From assembly GCA_012514545.1 (NCBI GenBank), contig JAAZAC010000015.1, positions 1 through 43,249 on the forward strand: a stretch of 43,249 bases of DNA. The letters are read 5' to 3'. The notes beneath the pieces are model-generated. The model had not been told where the DNA came from, did not search any database, and saw only the letters and a list, made by a program, of their open reading frames with translations. Each line of letters begins with the position of its first letter. Position 1 is the first letter of the stretch. A program made the position numbers and the translations under genes. Shown here in pieces: positions 9,242 through 19,596 of the stretch. This DNA is from Actinomycetales bacterium (GTDB lineage Bacteria > Actinomycetota > Actinomycetes > Actinomycetales > Cellulomonadaceae).

Positions 9242-10071
9242 GACGAGCCCTCCGTCCCGGGAGACTGCGCGAACCGCGGGACCGTGGCGCCCCAGATCTC
9301 CTCCTGCTCCGCCGCGCGGGCGGACCGGCCGGTCGGGTCGTCGACCCCGGGCCGGGACGACGCGGTCGCGACGTCGACGACGACCGCGCTCACGTTGTCG
9401 CGCCCGCCGGCGGCCACGGCCTCGGCGACGAGCCGCTCGGCGGCCTCCTGCGGGTCGGCGATCCCGGTCAGCACCTCGCGGATCCGCGCGTCCGACAGCT
9501 CGATCGTCAGGCCGTCGGTGCAGACGAGGAGCCGGTCGGCCGGCCCGGCGGGGATGAGCCAGTAGTCCGGCGACGGCTCGGCGTGCGTCGCGATCGCGCG
9601 CGTGACGACGTGCCGCTCCGGGTGCGCGCTCGCCTCCGCCGGGTCGAGCTCGCCGCGGTCGATGAGCTCCTGCACCACGGAGTGGTCGACGCTGATCTGC
9701 TCGAGCCGCCCGCCCGCGAGCCGGTACACCCGCGAGTCCCCGATGTTGAAGACCAGCCAGTACTCCGCGCCGTCGTACGCGGCCACGCCCACGCCCGCCA
9801 CCGTCGTGCCCGCGGTGCGGCCCGCGTCGACGACGGTGCGCAGGCGGCGCGCGGTGCGCCGGAAGCAGGCGTGGATCTCGTCCGGGTCCGCGCTCGGGCG
9901 GCCCGCGAGCTGCGCGAACTCCTCCACGGCGAGGCGGCTCGCGACGTCGCCCGCGGCGTGCCCGCCCATGCCGTCCGCGACGAGGAAGACGGGCGGGTAC
10001 GCGAGGAGGGCGTCCTCGTTGATCCGGCGCACGAGACCGCGGTCCGTGGCCGACCCCCATGACGTGCGCAC
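9238..10071 (-). CDS. PP2C/PPM-family Ser/Thr phosphatase (PrpC/PstP-like)
   Basis: TDRGLVRRINED, VADGMGGHAAG, NIGDSRVY, DHS, CTDGL, GGRDN motifs; GTG at 10071 preceded by a GAGGAG RBS. Confidence 0.93.
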   Translation of the reverse strand: MRTSWGSATDRGLVRRINEDALLAYPPVFLVADGMGGHAAGDVASRLAVEEFAQLAGRPSADPDEIHACFRRTARRLRTVVDAGRTAGTTVAGVGVAAYDGAEYWLVFNIGDSRVYRLAGGRLEQISVDHSVVQELIDRGELDPAEASAHPERHVVTRAIATHAEPSPDYWLIPAGPADRLLVCTDGLTIELSDARIREVLTGIADPQEAAERLVAEAVAAGGRDNVSAVVVDVATASSRPGVDDPTGRSARAAEQEEIWGATVPRFAQSPGTEGSS

Positions 10072-10143
10072 GCCCCGCTCCTCACTCCCCCCGACGGGCA
10101 GCCCGTGCTCCCCGAGCACCGGCGCCCGGCGTACCGTCATCGA

Positions 10144-10149
10144 AGGGTA
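10144..10149 (-). promoter_or_regulatory. Candidate -10 element (TACCCT) for the phosphatase-to-moxR operon
   Basis: TANNNT hexamer in the short intergenic region about 70 nt upstream of the phosphatase start. Confidence 0.45.
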
Positions 10150-10212
10150 GCGAGCCCGGACGACGGTCACGCCCGCCGCACGGGGTGAATGCCGCGGCGC
10201 CCACCCCGCTCC

Positions 10213-11217
10213 TCACGCCCGGCGGTCCACCAGGGCGGTCGTGAAGTCCTCGAGCGCCGACCTGACCGGGCCCGCCGGCAGCGGCGCGAGCGCGGCGACC
10301 GCGCGCCGGCCCCACGCCCGCGCCTCGGCCCGCGTGGCGGCCACGACGTCGTGGCTGCGCAGCGCCGCCACGGCGCGCGCGAGCGGCTCGTCCAGGCTCA
10401 GGTCGGAGTCCAGCAGGGCGACGAGGTCGGCGTCGGCGGCCGTGCCCTCGCCCGCCGCGACCCGGCGGCGCAGCAGCAGCGCGGGCATCGTGGGCACCCG
10501 CTCCCGCAGGTCCGTGCCCGGCGTCTTGCCGGTCACCGCGCCGTCGGACGTGAGGTCGATGACGTCGTCGGCGAGCTGGAAGGCGACGCCCGCCGCCTCG
10601 CCGTACGCGACGAGGGCGGCCTCCACCTCGGGCGGGCAGCCCGCGAACATCGCGCCGAACCGGGCCGACGTCGCCAGCAGGGACGCGGTCTTGTCCCGCA
10701 GCACCTGCAGGTAGTGCTCGACGGCGTCGACGCCCTCGCCCGGCCCCACCGTCTCGTGGAGCTGCCCGATGCACAGGCGCTCGAAGGTCTCGGCGAGGAT
10801 CCGGATGGCCACCGGGCCCAGCCCCGCGGCGATCGCCGAGGCCCGCGCGAAGACCAGGTCCCCCGTGATGACCGCGACCTGGTTGCCCCACAGCTCGTGC
10901 GCCGACGGCGCGCCCCGGCGCACGGGCGCCGCGTCCATGACGTCGTCGTGGTAGAGCGTGGCCAGGTGGGTCAGCTCGACGACGACGGCCGCGTCCACGA
11001 CCTGGGGCCGGTCCGGGTCGCCGAGGTGCGAGGTGAGCAGCGTCAGCAGCGGGCGCAGCCGCTTGCCGCCGGCGTCCACGAGGTGCCGCGCCGTCGCGCC
11101 CGCGATCGCGTCCGAGTGCGCGACGGCCGCCCGCAGGCGCTCCTCGACCACCGCCATGCGGGCGGTGAGGGCCTCGGTGAGCGCCGGGTCGGCCGCCGGC
11201 AGCGGGGTCGCGGTCAC
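10213..11217 (-). CDS. Polyprenyl diphosphate synthase (menaquinone side chain; HepT/GrcC-like)
   Basis: GGKRLRP, first Asp-rich motif HDDVMD, RRG, KTA, FQLADDVID, GK..G.DL; start overlaps the nuoN stop. Confidence 0.93.
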   Translation of the reverse strand: MTATPLPAADPALTEALTARMAVVEERLRAAVAHSDAIAGATARHLVDAGGKRLRPLLTLLTSHLGDPDRPQVVDAAVVVELTHLATLYHDDVMDAAPVRRGAPSAHELWGNQVAVITGDLVFARASAIAAGLGPVAIRILAETFERLCIGQLHETVGPGEGVDAVEHYLQVLRDKTASLLATSARFGAMFAGCPPEVEAALVAYGEAAGVAFQLADDVIDLTSDGAVTGKTPGTDLRERVPTMPALLLRRRVAAGEGTAADADLVALLDSDLSLDEPLARAVAALRSHDVVAATRAEARAWGRRAVAALAPLPAGPVRSALEDFTTALVDRRA

Positions 11218-12791
11218 GGCAGGAATCGCGCCGCCTCACCGAGGAACGAGAGCACCGGCGACGGCAGCACGCCGAGGAGCAGCGTCCCCGCCGCGGCCGC
11301 GCCGATCGCCACGATCGTGAAGCCCTCCCCGGCGACGACGGTCGTCGACTCCCCCGGCGTCCCGGCCGGGTCGGTGAAGAACATCAGCACGACGAGCCGG
11401 ACGTAGAAGAACACCGCGGCCGCCGAGGCCAGCACGCCGATGACGGCGAGCCAGACGAGGTCGCCCTCCACCGCCGCCGCGAAGACCGCGAACTTCCCGG
11501 TGAAGCCCGCGGTGAGCGGGATGCCCGCGAACGACAGCAGGAACAGCGTGAACGCGCCCGCGAGCAGCGGGTGCCGTCGGCCCAGGCCGGCCCACTGGGA
11601 CAGGTGCGTCGCCTCCGCCACCACCGCGCCGCCCGGGCCCGCGTTGACCTCGCGCACGAGCGTCACCACCGCGAACGCGCCGATCGTGGCCAGGCCGTAC
11701 GCGAGGAGGTAGAAGAGCACCGACGAGATGCCGCTCGCCGTCAGCGCGACGACGCCGACGAGGATGAAGCCCGCGTGCGCGATCGACGAGTACGCGAGCA
11801 TCCGCTTGACGTCCGTCTGCACGATCGCGACCACGGTGCCCAGCAGCATCGTCACGACGGCGACGGCCCAGAGGACCGGCATGAGGTCCCACTCGAGCGG
11901 CGGCAGCACCACGTAGACGATGCGGAGCATCGCGCCGAAGGCCGCGATCTTCGTGCACGCCGCCATGAAGCCGGTCACGGGGGTCGGCGCGCCCTGGTAG
12001 GCGTCCGGCGTCCACGCGTGGAACGGCACGGCGCCGACCTTGAAGAGCAGGCCCACGAGCACGAGCACGAGGCCCGCGAGCAGGAGCGGGTCGAGGTCGC
12101 TGGGCAGGCCGACCGCGGCGGCGACGTCCGTGAGGCGCGTCGAGCCCGCGAAGCCGTACAGCAGCGCCGAGCCGAACAGGAAGAACGCCGAGGCGTAGGC
12201 GCCGAGGAGGAAGTACTTCATCGACGCCTCCTGGCTGAGGAGGCGCCGGCGCCGGGCCATGCCGACGAGCAGGTACAGCGGCAGCGAGAGCACCTCGAGC
12301 GCCACGAACAGCGTGAGGAGGTCGCCGGCCGCGGGGAAGAGCATCATCCCGCCGAGCGAGAAGAGCGCGAGCGGGAAGACCTCGGTCTGCGCGAGGGTCC
12401 GGCGGCGCGCCTCGTTCTCGTAGTCCGAGCCGGGGACCGCCGACGCCGTGGGCGCGAACGCGTCCTCGCCGCTCTCCGTGCGGTCCGCGATGACGAGCAG
12501 GGCGACCAGGCCGAGCAGCGCGACCGTGCCCTGCACGACGAGCGCCGGCCCGTCCACGAGGAGCGTGCCGCCGAGGACGACGGTCCCGCCGTCGGCCGAC
12601 ACGTCGCCCCACAGGGCGGCGACCGCGACGAGCGCGCCGGCCGTCGCCAGCAGGGCCAGCGTCACCTGCACGGTGCGCCGCACGCGCCGCGGCACGAACG
12701 CCTCGGCGAGCACGCCGACCACGCCCGTGCCGAGCACGATGGCGACGGGCGCGAGGGACGCCCAGGGGATGTCGGGGGCCTGGAAGGTCAC
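11214..12791 (-). CDS. nuoN: NADH-quinone oxidoreductase subunit N
   Basis: EASMKYF, FKVGAVPFHAWTPDAYQGAP, KRMLAYSSIAHAG; operon position. Confidence 0.96.
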   Translation of the reverse strand: MTFQAPDIPWASLAPVAIVLGTGVVGVLAEAFVPRRVRRTVQVTLALLATAGALVAVAALWGDVSADGGTVVLGGTLLVDGPALVVQGTVALLGLVALLVIADRTESGEDAFAPTASAVPGSDYENEARRRTLAQTEVFPLALFSLGGMMLFPAAGDLLTLFVALEVLSLPLYLLVGMARRRRLLSQEASMKYFLLGAYASAFFLFGSALLYGFAGSTRLTDVAAAVGLPSDLDPLLLAGLVLVLVGLLFKVGAVPFHAWTPDAYQGAPTPVTGFMAACTKIAAFGAMLRIVYVVLPPLEWDLMPVLWAVAVVTMLLGTVVAIVQTDVKRMLAYSSIAHAGFILVGVVALTASGISSVLFYLLAYGLATIGAFAVVTLVREVNAGPGGAVVAEATHLSQWAGLGRRHPLLAGAFTLFLLSFAGIPLTAGFTGKFAVFAAAVEGDLVWLAVIGVLASAAAVFFYVRLVVLMFFTDPAGTPGESTTVVAGEGFTIVAIGAAAAGTLLLGVLPSPVLSFLGEAARFLP

Positions 12792-14362
12792 TGGTCGCTC
12801 CCGTCATCGATCCGGTCTGCGGACGCTCCGGCGCCGGCGACCACCGGGTCGGCCGACGCGTCGGGGACGCCCACCGCCTCCTGCACCACCGCCGCCGGCT
12901 CGCGCACGAGGTCGAGGGCCGGCGTCGGCCAGAGGCCCAGCAGCACGATCGCCGCGACGAGCGGCCCGACCGCCCAGCGCTCGCGCGCCGAGAGGTCCGG
13001 CTGCTCCGCGAGGCCCTCGCGGAGGCGGCCGGTGAAGATCCGCTGGTAGGTCAGCAGCACGTAGAGCGCGGCGAGGACCACGCCGAGCGTCGCGACGACG
13101 GCGGCCGCCCGGCTCGCGGCGAACGTGCCGACGAACACCATGAGCTCGCTGACGAACGGCGCCGTGCCGGGCAGCGACAGGGCCGAGAGCCCGGCCACGA
13201 GGAACGTGCCCGCGAGCACCGGCACCGACACCCGCAGGCCGCCGAGCTCGCCGATCCGCGCCGTGCCCCACCGCCGCACGAGGAAGCCGGCGAGGAGGAA
13301 CAGCGCGCCCGTCGACAGGCCGTGCGTGAGCATGTAGAGCGATGCGCCCGTCAGACTCACCGACGTGAAGGCGAAGATGCCGAGCACGATGAAGCCGAAG
13401 TGGCTCACCGAGGTGTACGCGATGAGGCGCATGAGGTCCTCCTGGCCGATGGCCAGGAACGCGCCGTAGAGGATCGACACCACGGCCAGCGCGATGACCA
13501 CCGGCGCCGCCCACCGCGCCGCCTCGGGGAAGAGCGTCAGGCAGAGCGTCATCATCCCGAACGTGCCGACCTTGTCGAGCACGCCCACGAGGAGGACGTT
13601 CGTGCCCGCGGGCGCCTGCTCCGCGGCGTCGGGCAGCCAGGTGTGCACCGGCCACATCGGCGCCTTGATGGCGAACGCGAAGAAGAACGACACGAACAGC
13701 AGGCGGCCGGCCCAGGTGCTGTGCTCGACGCCCGCCAGGGTGTCGACGAGGAAGCCGTCCGGGCCGCCCGGGCCGGACAGCCCGAGGGCGATGACGCCGA
13801 CGAGCATGACCAGCCCGCCGACGAGCGAGTAGATGAGGAACTTCACGGCCGCGTACCGCCGCTGCGGCCCGCCGAACATCCCGATCATGAAGTAGACCGG
13901 GACGAGCATCGCCTCGAACAGCACGTAGAAGAGGAAGACGTCGCGCGCCGCGAACACGGCGACCATGAACGCCTCGAGCACCAGCACGAGGGCGACGTAC
14001 GTGCGGATCCGGCGGCCGTCGTCGTCGGCCCGGTGCTCCCGCCAGGCGGCGAGCAGCACGAGCGGCACGAGGACGACCGCGAGCAGGATCAGGGCGAGGC
14101 CCAGGCCGGTGACGCCGAGCGCGTAGCTCACGCCGAAGGCCGGGATCCACGACGCCTGCTCGGTGAGCTGCACCGCGGCCGCGTCCTCGACGCGGAACGC
14201 GGCCAGCGCGCCGGCCGCGAGCGCCACCTCGAGGAGCGAGACGCCGAGGGCGACGTGCCGCGCCCACCGCCGCGCGCCCGCGGGCAGCGCCCACACGGCG
14301 AGCGCGCCCAGGAGCGGCACGACGATCAGGGTCGTGAGCCAGGGGAAGGTCGGGTCGGTCAT
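12788..14362 (-). CDS. nuoM: NADH-quinone oxidoreductase subunit M
   Basis: Start MTDPTFPWL at 14362; FYVLFEAML, AIKAPMWPVHTWLPDA, LIAYTSVSHFG. Confidence 0.96.
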   Translation of the reverse strand: MTDPTFPWLTTLIVVPLLGALAVWALPAGARRWARHVALGVSLLEVALAAGALAAFRVEDAAAVQLTEQASWIPAFGVSYALGVTGLGLALILLAVVLVPLVLLAAWREHRADDDGRRIRTYVALVLVLEAFMVAVFAARDVFLFYVLFEAMLVPVYFMIGMFGGPQRRYAAVKFLIYSLVGGLVMLVGVIALGLSGPGGPDGFLVDTLAGVEHSTWAGRLLFVSFFFAFAIKAPMWPVHTWLPDAAEQAPAGTNVLLVGVLDKVGTFGMMTLCLTLFPEAARWAAPVVIALAVVSILYGAFLAIGQEDLMRLIAYTSVSHFGFIVLGIFAFTSVSLTGASLYMLTHGLSTGALFLLAGFLVRRWGTARIGELGGLRVSVPVLAGTFLVAGLSALSLPGTAPFVSELMVFVGTFAASRAAAVVATLGVVLAALYVLLTYQRIFTGRLREGLAEQPDLSARERWAVGPLVAAIVLLGLWPTPALDLVREPAAVVQEAVGVPDASADPVVAGAGASADRIDDGSDQ

Positions 14363-14370
14363 GGTTCCCC

Positions 14371-16365
14371 TCAGATCCGCACGGCCAGGACGACGACGAC
14401 CAGCGCCACGATGCCGACGACCATCTGCAGCGCGTAGGACCGGACGAATCCGGTCTGGAGGCGCCGGAGCAGCTCGCCGGCGCCGGCCGTGCCCCGGGCG
14501 ACCCCGGAGACGGCCCCGTCGACGACCTGCCGGTCGGCGAAGACGAGCGACCGGGTGAGGTACTGCCCCGGCCGCATGAGGACGGCCTCGGCGACGGCGT
14601 CCTGGTACAGGTCGCGCCGCGCCGCCCGCGTCAGAACCGAGCCCCGCGGCGGCACGACGGCCACCGGGGCCGCCGCGTACTGCCGCCAGGCGAGGACCAC
14701 GCCGACCGCGATGAGCAGGAACGTCGTGACCATGATCGCGACCACCGGGAGCACCGGCTCGTGGTGCTCGACGTGCCCCGTCACGGGCTCGAGCCACGTC
14801 GTGAACGCCCCGCGGATCGCGAGCGCGCCGCCGAGGGCCGCCGAGCCGACGGCGAGCACGATCATCGGCCACGTCATGAGCGCCGGGGACTCGTGCGGGT
14901 GGTCGACGCGCCCCGTGGGCTCGCCGCCCGGCACGACGCCGGTCCCGTCGTCCCAGCGCCGCGTGCCGTGGAACGTCATGAAGAACAGCCGGGACATGTA
15001 GAACGCCGTGATCCCGACGCCGACGAGCGCCACGGTGCCGAAGACCCACGGCTCCCAGGTGCCCGCCACCGCGAACGCCGACTCGACGATCCGGTCCTTG
15101 CTCCAGAACCCCGAGAACGGCGGCACGCCGATGATCGCGAGCCAGCCGAGCGCCATCGTCACCCACGTGACGCGCATGTACCTCGCGAGGGCGCCGAACC
15201 GCCGCATGTCCACCTCGTCGCCCATGCCGTGCATGACCGAGCCCGCGCCGAGGAACAGCCCGGCCTTGAAGAAGCCGTGCGTGAGCAGGTGGAAGATCGC
15301 GAACGCGTAGCCGATCGGGCCGAGGCCCGCGGCGAGCATCATGTAGCCGATCTGCGACATCGTGGAGGCGGCGAGCACCTTCTTGATGTCGTCCTTCGCG
15401 CAGCCGACGACCGCCCCGAAGAGCAGCGTGATCGCGCCGACGACGGCGACCACGAGGAGCGCGGTCGGCGCCGCCTCGTAGACCGGGCCGGAGCGGACGA
15501 CGAGGTAGACGCCCGCGGTGACCATGGTGGCCGCGTGGATGAGGGCGGAGACCGGCGTCGGGCCCGCCATGGCGTCGCCCAGCCAGGACTGCAGCGGGAA
15601 CTGCGCCGACTTGCCGCACGCGGCGAGCAGCAGCATGAGCCCGATGAGCGTCGCCCAGCCCTCGCCCGCGGCGCCGACCGCCTCGTGCACGACTCCGACG
15701 TCCGTGCTCCCGGCGACGGCGACCATCGCCATGATCGCGACGATGAGGCCGATGTCGCCGACGCGGTTGACGACGAACGCCTTCTTCGCCGCGACGGCGT
15801 TCGGCCGCTCGTGGTCCCAGAACCCGATGAGCAGGTACGAGGCGAGGCCCACGCCCTCCCAGCCGACGAAGAGCAGCACGTAGGAGTCGGCGAGGACCAG
15901 CAGCAGCATCGCCGCGACGAACAGGTTGAGGTAGGCGAAGAACCGGCGCCGGTGCGGGTCGTGGGCCATGTACGCGATGGAGTACACGTGGATGAGCGAG
16001 CCCACGAACGTGACCAGCAGCACGAACGTCATCGACAGCGGGTCGACGCGCATGCCGAGGTCGACGCTGAACGCGCCGCCGGGCAGCCAGGTCCCGAGCT
16101 CCAGCTCGCGCACGCGGTCCGAGGACCCGAGCAGCGCCACCCACATCGCCACGGCCACGACGAGCGCGGCGACCGGCGTCGCGGTGCCGAGCAGGTGGCC
16201 CCACCGGTCGGCGCGGCGGCCGGTGAGCAGCAGGACCGCGGCCCCGGCCAGCGGCAGCGCCACGAGCAGCCACGCCAGGCCGAGGGCGCCGTCGGCCGGC
16301 GCGACGGCCGACGCCGGGCCCGCCGCGGTCAGCACGGCGGGCAGGCCGCCGAGTGCAGTCGTCAT
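14371..16365 (-). CDS. nuoL: NADH-quinone oxidoreductase subunit L
   Basis: [47 protein letters not shown]; alternative GTG start at 16368. Confidence 0.96.
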   Translation of the reverse strand: MTTALGGLPAVLTAAGPASAVAPADGALGLAWLLVALPLAGAAVLLLTGRRADRWGHLLGTATPVAALVVAVAMWVALLGSSDRVRELELGTWLPGGAFSVDLGMRVDPLSMTFVLLVTFVGSLIHVYSIAYMAHDPHRRRFFAYLNLFVAAMLLLVLADSYVLLFVGWEGVGLASYLLIGFWDHERPNAVAAKKAFVVNRVGDIGLIVAIMAMVAVAGSTDVGVVHEAVGAAGEGWATLIGLMLLLAACGKSAQFPLQSWLGDAMAGPTPVSALIHAATMVTAGVYLVVRSGPVYEAAPTALLVVAVVGAITLLFGAVVGCAKDDIKKVLAASTMSQIGYMMLAAGLGPIGYAFAIFHLLTHGFFKAGLFLGAGSVMHGMGDEVDMRRFGALARYMRVTWVTMALGWLAIIGVPPFSGFWSKDRIVESAFAVAGTWEPWVFGTVALVGVGITAFYMSRLFFMTFHGTRRWDDGTGVVPGGEPTGRVDHPHESPALMTWPMIVLAVGSAALGGALAIRGAFTTWLEPVTGHVEHHEPVLPVVAIMVTTFLLIAVGVVLAWRQYAAAPVAVVPPRGSVLTRAARRDLYQDAVAEAVLMRPGQYLTRSLVFADRQVVDGAVSGVARGTAGAGELLRRLQTGFVRSYALQMVVGIVALVVVVLAVRI

Positions 16366-16375
16366 CACCCGCTCC

Positions 16376-16675
16376 TCAGCTCTTCAACAGGTTGACGTCG
16401 TCGACCGAGGCCGAGCGGCGGGTGCGGTAGATCGCCACGATGATCGCCAGCCCGACGACCACCTCGGCGGCCGCGACGACCATGACGAAGAACGCCACCA
16501 CCTGGCCCGTGAGGTCGCCGTGCATCCGCGCGAACGTCACGAACGCCAGGTTGGCCGCGTTGAGCATGAGCTCGACGCCCATGAAGACGACGATCGCGTT
16601 GCGCCGGACGAGCACGGTCAGCGCGCCGATCGTGAACAGGATCGTGGCGAGCACGAGGTAGTTCGTGAGGTTCAC
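16376..16675 (-). CDS. nuoK: NADH-quinone oxidoreductase subunit K
   Basis: [32 protein letters not shown]. Confidence 0.96.
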   Translation of the reverse strand: MNLTNYLVLATILFTIGALTVLVRRNAIVVFMGVELMLNAANLAFVTFARMHGDLTGQVVAFFVMVVAAAEVVVGLAIIVAIYRTRRSASVDDVNLLKS

Positions 16676-17529
16676 CGCACCTGCTCCTCACCCGTGATCG
16701 CGCGCTCCGGCGGCGTCGAGCCGACCGCCTCCGGGCCCAGGTGGGCGTGCACCTCGCCGACCGAGCGCTCCTGGCCCCGGACGCGCAGCACGCGGGGCAC
16801 CGAGTGCTCGAGCGGGCGGCCGCCCGGCCCGAGGGCCGCGACGTCCATCGCGTTGCTGCGCGCGTACACGCCGGGCGCCGGCAGCGGCGTGAGCGTCTCG
16901 CCGGCGGCGACCCGCGCGTCGGCCCGCTCGCGCTGACGCACCCGACGGACCAGCCGCTCGCGGTGGGTGAGCACGATGGCGCCCACCGCGGCCGTGACGA
17001 GCAGGATGCCGACGACCTCGAGCGTCACCACGAAGTCGCCGAACACGATCCGCGCGACGCCGACGGGGTTGCCGTCCGCGTTCGCCGCCGCGAGGCCGCT
17101 GGGCGCGAGGTCGGCGGCCGTGAGCACGACCGACACGAGGACCGCGCCCAGGCCGACGCCGAGCACCGCGGAGATCCAGCGGTGGGCGCCGAGGGCGTCG
17201 GTGAACGTGTCCGCCGCGTCGACGCCGACGAGCATGAGCACGAAGAGGAACAGCATCATGACCGCGCCCGTGTACACGATCACCTGCACGACGCCGAGGA
17301 ACGGCGCCTCCTGCGCGACGTAGAGCACCGCGAGGCAGATCATCACGAGCACGACGCTCATGGCCGCGTACACGGTCCGCCGGGCGAAGACGAGCCCGAG
17401 CGCCGCGATGACCATGACGGGCGCGAGGCACCAGAAGAGGACCTCCTCGCCGGTGCTCGTGCGCCCGGTCTCGGCCAGGCTCGTGAGGACCGGGAGCGCT
17501 GCGCCCGCCGAGGCGAGCAACGTCGTCAT
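16672..17529 (-). CDS. nuoJ: NADH-quinone oxidoreductase subunit J
   Basis: [26 protein letters not shown]; ATG 17529 overlaps the nuoI stop. Confidence 0.95.
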   Translation of the reverse strand: MTTLLASAGAALPVLTSLAETGRTSTGEEVLFWCLAPVMVIAALGLVFARRTVYAAMSVVLVMICLAVLYVAQEAPFLGVVQVIVYTGAVMMLFLFVLMLVGVDAADTFTDALGAHRWISAVLGVGLGAVLVSVVLTAADLAPSGLAAANADGNPVGVARIVFGDFVVTLEVVGILLVTAAVGAIVLTHRERLVRRVRQRERADARVAAGETLTPLPAPGVYARSNAMDVAALGPGGRPLEHSVPRVLRVRGQERSVGEVHAHLGPEAVGSTPPERAITGEEQVR

Positions 17530-18233
17530 CGGGCCCTTCCCTTCTCGGCCGGGGCGCCCTCGCGCGCGCGGAGCGCCTCGAGCGACGGGTCGTCGGGCCG
17601 GTGCTGCGCGACCCACTCGATCTGCTCCGGCACCGGGCCGGTCACCGCGCCACGGTAGTAGTCGTCGTCCTCGGTGCCCGGCACCATCGGGTGCGGCGCG
17701 GCCAGCATCCCCTCGCCGAGTGGCGCGAGCAGGTCCTGCTTCTCGTAGATCATCCCGCGGCGCGTGGGACCGGCGAGCTCGTACTCGTTGGTCATCGTCA
17801 GCGCGCGCGTCGGGCACGCCTCGATGCACAGGCCGCAGAAGATGCAGCGCAGGTAGTTGATCTGGTAGACGCGGCCGTACCGCTCGCCCGGCGAGTACTG
17901 CGCCTCAGGGGTGTTGTCCGCGCCCTCGACGTAGATGGCGTCCGCCGGGCACGCCCACGCGCACAGCTCGCAGCCGATGCACTTCTCGAGGCCGTCCGGG
18001 TGCCGGTTGAGCTGGTGCCGGCCGTGGTAGCGCGGCTTCGGCGGCACCTTCTCGAACGGGTACTGCTCGGTGACCGTCGGCTTGAAGAACGACGAGATCG
18101 TGACGCCGAAGCCCGCGACGGGGTCGAGCGCCCGGGCGAGGCCCTTCTTCTGCGGGATGAGCGGGGTGTAGCCCGGCTGCCCGGGCGCCCCGACCTCCCC
18201 GGGCGTGCGCCGGGTGATGTCCTTGTCAGCCAC
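17526..18233 (-). CDS. nuoI: NADH-quinone oxidoreductase subunit I
   Basis: Two 4Fe-4S motifs [12 protein letters not shown] and [12 protein letters not shown]. Confidence 0.96.
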   Translation of the reverse strand: MADKDITRRTPGEVGAPGQPGYTPLIPQKKGLARALDPVAGFGVTISSFFKPTVTEQYPFEKVPPKPRYHGRHQLNRHPDGLEKCIGCELCAWACPADAIYVEGADNTPEAQYSPGERYGRVYQINYLRCIFCGLCIEACPTRALTMTNEYELAGPTRRGMIYEKQDLLAPLGEGMLAAPHPMVPGTEDDDYYRGAVTGPVPEQIEWVAQHRPDDPSLEALRAREGAPAEKGRAR

Positions 18234-19596
18234 GCGGCTCCTCCTCAGCGGTGGTCACGGGCCCCTGCTCGATCGCACCCGCGGGGGCGTCGTCGGCGGG
18301 CGACGTCGGCGCGCGGCGGCGCCGCGGCGAGGGCGGCAGAGTCTGGCCGGGCAGCGGCGGGACGGGGTAGCCGCCCGCGAACGGGTCGAACGGCCCCTCG
18401 TCCTTCGCGGGCTCGGGCTCCGCCTTCGGCTGCTCCGGGATGACGAACATCGCCACCGTGGCCACGGCCGCGACGCCGGCGAGGATCCACAGCAGCGTCC
18501 GCAGCTCGACGTCGGTGAACTGCCGCACGCCCTGCACGACCGCCACGGCGACCACCCAGCCGAGCCCGACCGGGATGAGCACCTTCCAGCCGAACCGCAT
18601 GAACTGGTCGTAGCGGAACCGGACGAGCGTGCCCCGCACCCACACGAAGAAGAACATGAGGGCCCAGAGCTTGACGAGGAACCACAGCACCGGCCACCAG
18701 CCCGTGTTGAGCATCCCGTCCCCGATCGCCGAGAGCGGCCACGGGGCGCGCCACCCGCCGAGGAACAGCGTCGTCGCCACGGCCGAGACGTTGAGCATGT
18801 TGATGTACTCGGCGAGGAAGAACCACGCGAACTTCATCGACGAGTACTCGGTCATGTAGCCCGACACGAGCTCGCCCTCGGCCTCGGGCAGGTCGAACGG
18901 CAGCCGGTTCGTCTCGCCCACCATCGAGATGATGTAGAGGCAGAACGCGGGCAGCAGCGGCAGGAACCACCAGATCTCGGCCTGCGAGGCGACGATCTGC
19001 GACGTCGACATCGAGCCCGCGAGGATGAACACGCTGACGAGCGAGAGGCCCATGCCCAGCTCGTAGGAGATGACCTGCGCGGTCGAGCGCACCGCGCCGA
19101 GCAGCGGGTACGTGGACCCCGACGACCAGCCGCCGAGGACGATGCCGTACACGCCGAGCGCCGCCGCCGCGAGGATGTACAGGACCGCGACGGGGAAGTC
19201 GGTGAGCTGCAGCGGCGTCGTGACCCCGAACATGGTCACGGCCGGCCCGAACGGGATGACCGCGAACACGAGCAGCGAGCAGAACACCGAGATCATCGGC
19301 GCCAGGACGTAGACGAGCCGGTGCGCCGTGCTCACCATGACGTCCTCCTTGAAGAGGAGCTTCATGGCGTCGGCCATCGACTGGAAGATGCCGAACGGGC
19401 CGTGCACGTTCGGGCCGGGCCGGATCTGCATCCGGCCCACGACCTTGCGCTCGAACCAGATCGCGAAGAGCACGCTGAGCAGCAGGAACACGATGATGCC
19501 GACCGCCTTGACCAGCACGATCCACCACGTGTCCTGCGAGAAGTCGGCGGCGGCGACCGCGCCCTGGCCCTCGGCCGCCGCGAGCAGCACGCGCAT
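18226..19596 (-). CDS. nuoH: NADH-quinone oxidoreductase subunit H
   Basis: [45 protein letters not shown]; alternative GTG at 19599. Confidence 0.96.
   Translation of the reverse strand: MRVLLAAAEGQGAVAAADFSQDTWWIVLVKAVGIIVFLLLSVLFAIWFERKVVGRMQIRPGPNVHGPFGIFQSMADAMKLLFKEDVMVSTAHRLVYVLAPMISVFCSLLVFAVIPFGPAVTMFGVTTPLQLTDFPVAVLYILAAAALGVYGIVLGGWSSGSTYPLLGAVRSTAQVISYELGMGLSLVSVFILAGSMSTSQIVASQAEIWWFLPLLPAFCLYIISMVGETNRLPFDLPEAEGELVSGYMTEYSSMKFAWFFLAEYINMLNVSAVATTLFLGGWRAPWPLSAIGDGMLNTGWWPVLWFLVKLWALMFFFVWVRGTLVRFRYDQFMRFGWKVLIPVGLGWVVAVAVVQGVRQFTDVELRTLLWILAGVAAVATVAMFVIPEQPKAEPEPAKDEGPFDPFAGGYPVPPLPGQTLPPSPRRRRAPTSPADDAPAGAIEQGPVTTAEEEPRG

Noticed and set aside
10105-10119. Hairpin gtgctccccgagcac resembling the 5' end of a type I-E repeat
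   Set aside because: Single short copy with no periodicity; more likely a 5'-UTR hairpin or chance.
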